A stretch of DNA of 53,822 nt, filler included, from Jimgerdemannia flammicorona (taxonomy: Eukaryota): the NCBI GenBank assembly GCA_003990765.1. It is 3 parts of 3 records of this genome, joined end to end, with 100 filler letters (N's around TTAATTAATTAA, not from the genome) between each part and the next. Parts side by side here need not be neighbours in the genome. Positions count along the whole stretch, not along the records: positions 35,956 to 53,822 come from RBNJ01002379.1; 2 more parts are not named here. One strand, 5' to 3'. Of the stretch, positions 50,381 to 53,822 are shown piece by piece. The notes beneath the pieces are model-generated. The model had not been told where the DNA came from. It made no database searches and worked only from the letters and a program-made list of their open reading frames with translations. The translations under genes were made by a program, and so were the position numbers. Numbering within the stretch: position 1 is the stretch's first letter; each line of letters opens with the position of its first letter.

Positions 50381-52385
50381 GGCGTGGTTCTCCCCCGGTG
50401 TCCCTGTCCCTTCTCGGATTCCGTCGTCGCTTCTGGTGCGCCCTGAGTGGTTCCTCATGTTGTCCCCCCTTCGCCTTTCCCAGTTGCTTGTCCCGAACTT
50501 TCGGGTTTATTCTTCTCTTGGAATACTTTTGTCTCCTCCTTTTTCTTCGGCTGACTGCCCCCTTTCTCCCCTTCAAGTCTTTGCCTTATCTTTGGGTCCT
50601 CGCTTTGTTTTTCCTGCGACTCCCTCACAATTCTCCTTCACTGATCCGGCTCGTCTAACACGTTTTCGTCGTACTCTTGATCTTGCCATTTTCTTTCAAG
50701 ATCGTGGTAAGATGCCCTCTCGCTATTTTGTTCCTAGCGATTGGACCCCCCCTCCCAATGTCTCTTCACACTGCATATTCCTCGACATGGCTTGCTCTTT
50801 GTCCATTCCCGGACATGCTCGCTCTTGCTTGGTTTCGGACCGTGCCATGCGTACCGCGCTTAAATCGGTCAAGCAATTGCCTATACATTTGCTCACAGTC
50901 ACTGATAAGAATCAGGGTTTTGCACTTATTCCTAAGTCGCTCTACCTTGATGGCCTTTCTGCCCTCCTTCGAGCCATGGCTTACGAGCCTAGTGCTCTTG
51001 GATTGGATGAGGTTCTCACTCTTCTTCGGGTTTCTCTGGCTCATGCTAGATCGCTTTCGGATTCCCTGTTCGCGAACCCTATTTTTAACTTCTTCCAGGA
51101 CTCTTTGTCCTCCCCAGATATTTCTCTTCCGGTCTTCTATACTCTTCCTAAAGTTCACAAGCCTCTTTTGGCTTGGCGTCCTATTACGGCTGCTTATAGT
51201 TCTCCTACCACCAAGATTTCGAAATGGTTATCTCATTTCTTTCTCTCCTGGATGGCTCTCCTATAACACCGTCTTGGGCCTGAGTACACTATTCTTCATG
51301 ATACTCAGGAGCTCGCCCTTCTTTGCTCCACCATTGTGCCTGTTCACCATTTTTCCCATTTAGCCTCTGGTGACTTCTCTTCCTTCTATACTGCTATTCG
51401 TTTTGATGAGATCGATGACTGCCTTCACTTCTTGGGTTCCTTGGTTTTTCCTTTGGATTCCCCGGTTTCGCTGACTTCCATCATTGAGCTTACGCTCCTC
51501 GTCTGCGGCTCGAATTATTTTGAGTCGGCCCTTGGCTCCTTTCACCAGACTTCTGGTATTGCCATGGGTACGAATTGTGCCCCCACCCTTGCCAACCTCA
51601 TTGGCCTGGCCCACGAATTGCGTGCGTTACGTGATATTACTTCACCTCTTTCCATTGCGTTCCGGGCTGGGGATATCTTCTTTCGCCGATACATTGATGA
51701 CTTTATTGTCTTCGCTGTTGCTGGTGTTGATATTCCTAGTATGTTCCTGAGCGTCTACCCTCCCCACCATTCTATTACCTGGGTGTGTGGTACGACTAGT
51801 ATTCCCTTTTTGGACCTTTCCATTTCTCTTTCTCTCTTCCGAACTGTTGTTTATTCCCGTTTTCCCCGTTCCCAACAGTTCCCTGACTTCTTGTCCAATC
51901 ATCTTCGTCGCACTCTTCTCGAATGTGTTCGTGGTGAGGCTCATCGTCTTGCATTATGCTGCTCCCATCGTTCTGATTGGGTGTCTGCTGTTCGGGTTCT
52001 TGGCAACTTTGTGGTCCATCGTCGTGCCTACCCTATTTCTATCGTTCGTGATCTACTTGCTTCTGTTGAATGGTCTGTTGTTCGCTCTACCCTCCTCTCT
52101 CCTTTTTATCCCCCCTCCCTTCCCTCTCTCCCCCCTTACCCTCTCTGTACCCCCTCTTCTTTCCCACCCCCGATTCTCGTTGTACCATTCGATCATGCTC
52201 GCTGGGTCGCTCAATGCCCTGATACCGTCCTGCGCTCCTCTCTTTCACGCCATGGACTTTCATCTCTTTCCCGACGCCCTCTGATTGCTCGTTCGCGTCT
52301 TCCTTCCATTTCTTCTACAATCCATCACTCTCGTTTTGCGTTCTCGTCACCTTCTGGTGCCTCCGGCTCTGCTGGAGAGGATTAA
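50331..52385 (+). pseudogene. Penelope-type reverse transcriptase with a single premature TAA at 51264-51266
   Basis: LSLGPRF, TDKNQG, FYTLPKVHK...WRPI, GDFSSFYTAI, QTSGIAMGTNCAPTLANL, RYIDD, PFLDL, PLIARSRLPSI. Track ORFs 50436 and 51336 are in the same frame. Confidence 0.9.
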
Positions 52386-52882
52386 AAAACATCCTTGCCC
52401 CCTCCGGGGTCTCGCGCTCGCTCCGGGGTCTCGGCCTTACTCTGCTCCCCTCCGCTGCCTTCGGCCCCTCGCTTCGCTCAGGCTCGCTGCGGCTCGCTCC
52501 GTTTCGGCCTCACCCCTCGCTCGCGCTCACCCCTCCGGGGTCTGCGGATGTTTTTTAATCTCGATTTGGATTTGTTTTGTTTGTGTTTGTTTGTGATTTT
52601 TATCCTGCAACTGGGATTGGCTCCCCCTTTATCTCCGCTTATCTCTGGCGGTCATGTGGTTCCTAATTCGGTTCGCCCCGAGTTGTGGCGCGTCCTCCCT
52701 TTTGGGACGTTGTATTTTGTATATAAGGACCACGTTTTTACATGGCAATAAACGGCTGATGCAATTTCGGTTACATTCTTTGTTCGTCCCCCTTATACAC
52801 GCTCTTCCACATGTCTTCCGTTCGCTTTGACACTGGCTCTGGGTTTGCTCCCCTGGCTCCCGCTGGGCCATCTTCCTCCTCT
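52380..52882 (+). repeat. 3' pLTR (503-bp direct repeat of 48722-49224)
   Basis: Near-identical to the 5' copy; the differences are mostly transitions at CpG. Confidence 0.95.
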
Positions 52883-53822
52883 ATTGTATCCAAGTACATT
52901 GGTGGTGCTAAATTCAATATGATGTTGGGCACAACATCGAATAGACCCAGATCATTCGGAACAGACGCCCACAATGACAAATAAACCACACGCATTGCGG
53001 CACGAACTCAACCGGAATGACCTTCCTTATTTATCTGATTAAGTTTTCATACGTCCTGTCGCAAGTATTTTTATTCTTTTATTTGGTCTCACAGAAGTCA
53101 AATCGAAAGCTATTAATGTATAGTACCGATATGGATAGATGGATGTATGAAACGCCCTAGCCGATAAAATGGCTCCCGAAAGTTCAAACGTCTCCCCAGA
53201 ATATATTTACATACGATCCTTAGCGACGTTATGTATCATTGCTTCCCATCTCATCTCCTTAATACATCTCTTCCTCATCCTGTAGCGGTGGCGATGGTGA
53301 CGTGCGTGGTTTGTCAGAGGAGACACGGCCCCTGTCGAGCGAGGCACGGGGGGAAACGCTAGGGGATCGGTCTGTGGATTGGGGTTCGGAGTGGGGGTAT
53401 GGGAGATTTGGGGGGGATACAATTAATACCTATAGCCTGTCGGAGAAGTTTGGAAGACGAGACGTAGAAATGGTCAGGATAACTTTCTGCGAAGGGGCGT
53501 TGAAGTAAAGAGACACGTACCTCTCAACGGCGCGCTGGCCACGGTCTGTTTGTGCAAGCCCTCGGCGTTGACCTTAGGTGCAACTGGAAAGTCACAAAAA
53601 CAAGGATGGTCAGAGATCACGCTATTTCCTGTCCTCCACACCAAGTTTCGCAGCCATACAAACTACTTACACTTCGCGGCCTGAACTTGGAGCGAATCCG
53701 CGACGGCTGTCGCCCTGACCTTGGGCATATGCTTGGCACAGAATAACTTGCCATCCGAGACCAAGAAGTTTTGGAGGGTCAGGCTAGCCTTGCAGCCAGT
53801 CGACGAGCACTATTAACATGAA

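Larger units (their letters stand above)
48400..52882 (+). mobile_element. Endonuclease-deficient Penelope-like retroelement (Athena/Coprina-type architecture)
   Basis: PLE-type RT with no GIY-YIG domain, an upstream ORF1, a direct pLTR (48722-49224 = 52380-52882) and an inverted copy at 48400-48736. Confidence 0.88.

Noticed and set aside
49169..50446. 425-aa Pro/Leu-rich ORF and antisense Gly-rich ORFs over the PLE
   Set aside because: Shadow frames kept open by the A-poor composition.
48400..52882. DIRS/Ngaro assignment based on split and inverted repeats
   Set aside because: The RT motifs are PLE-type, and there is no RNase H or tyrosine recombinase.
52883..53822. Short ORFs at the window end
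   Set aside because: No recognisable product.

Overview
Eukaryotic, almost certainly fungal DNA. The intron-rich ChAPs/BUD7-type gene suggests an early-diverging, Mucoromycota-like lineage (inference). Three contigs are joined by N-gaps carrying a TTAATTAATTAA linker. About 80% of the window is nested, C-to-T-eroded transposon sequence: two convergent copies of a dUTPase-carrying Ty3/Gypsy family with ~1.5-kb LTRs that contain a conserved orphan ORF, older Gypsy relics, a cluster of L1/Tx1-type LINEs, and an intron-containing hAT transposon. CpG-rich host islands hold a small two-exon zinc-ribbon gene (16333-16789), an exomer ChAPs gene (42576-46827, minus strand) and a tRNA-Gln(CUG). The most unusual element is a young endonuclease-less Penelope-like retroelement (48400-52882). 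It has 337-bp terminal inverted repeats, a 503-bp direct pLTR, a 15-bp stem enclosing a GCTC-rich loop, and an ORF1/RT junction with a -1 frameshift signal. It lies about 90 bp downstream of the tRNA gene rather than at a telomere.
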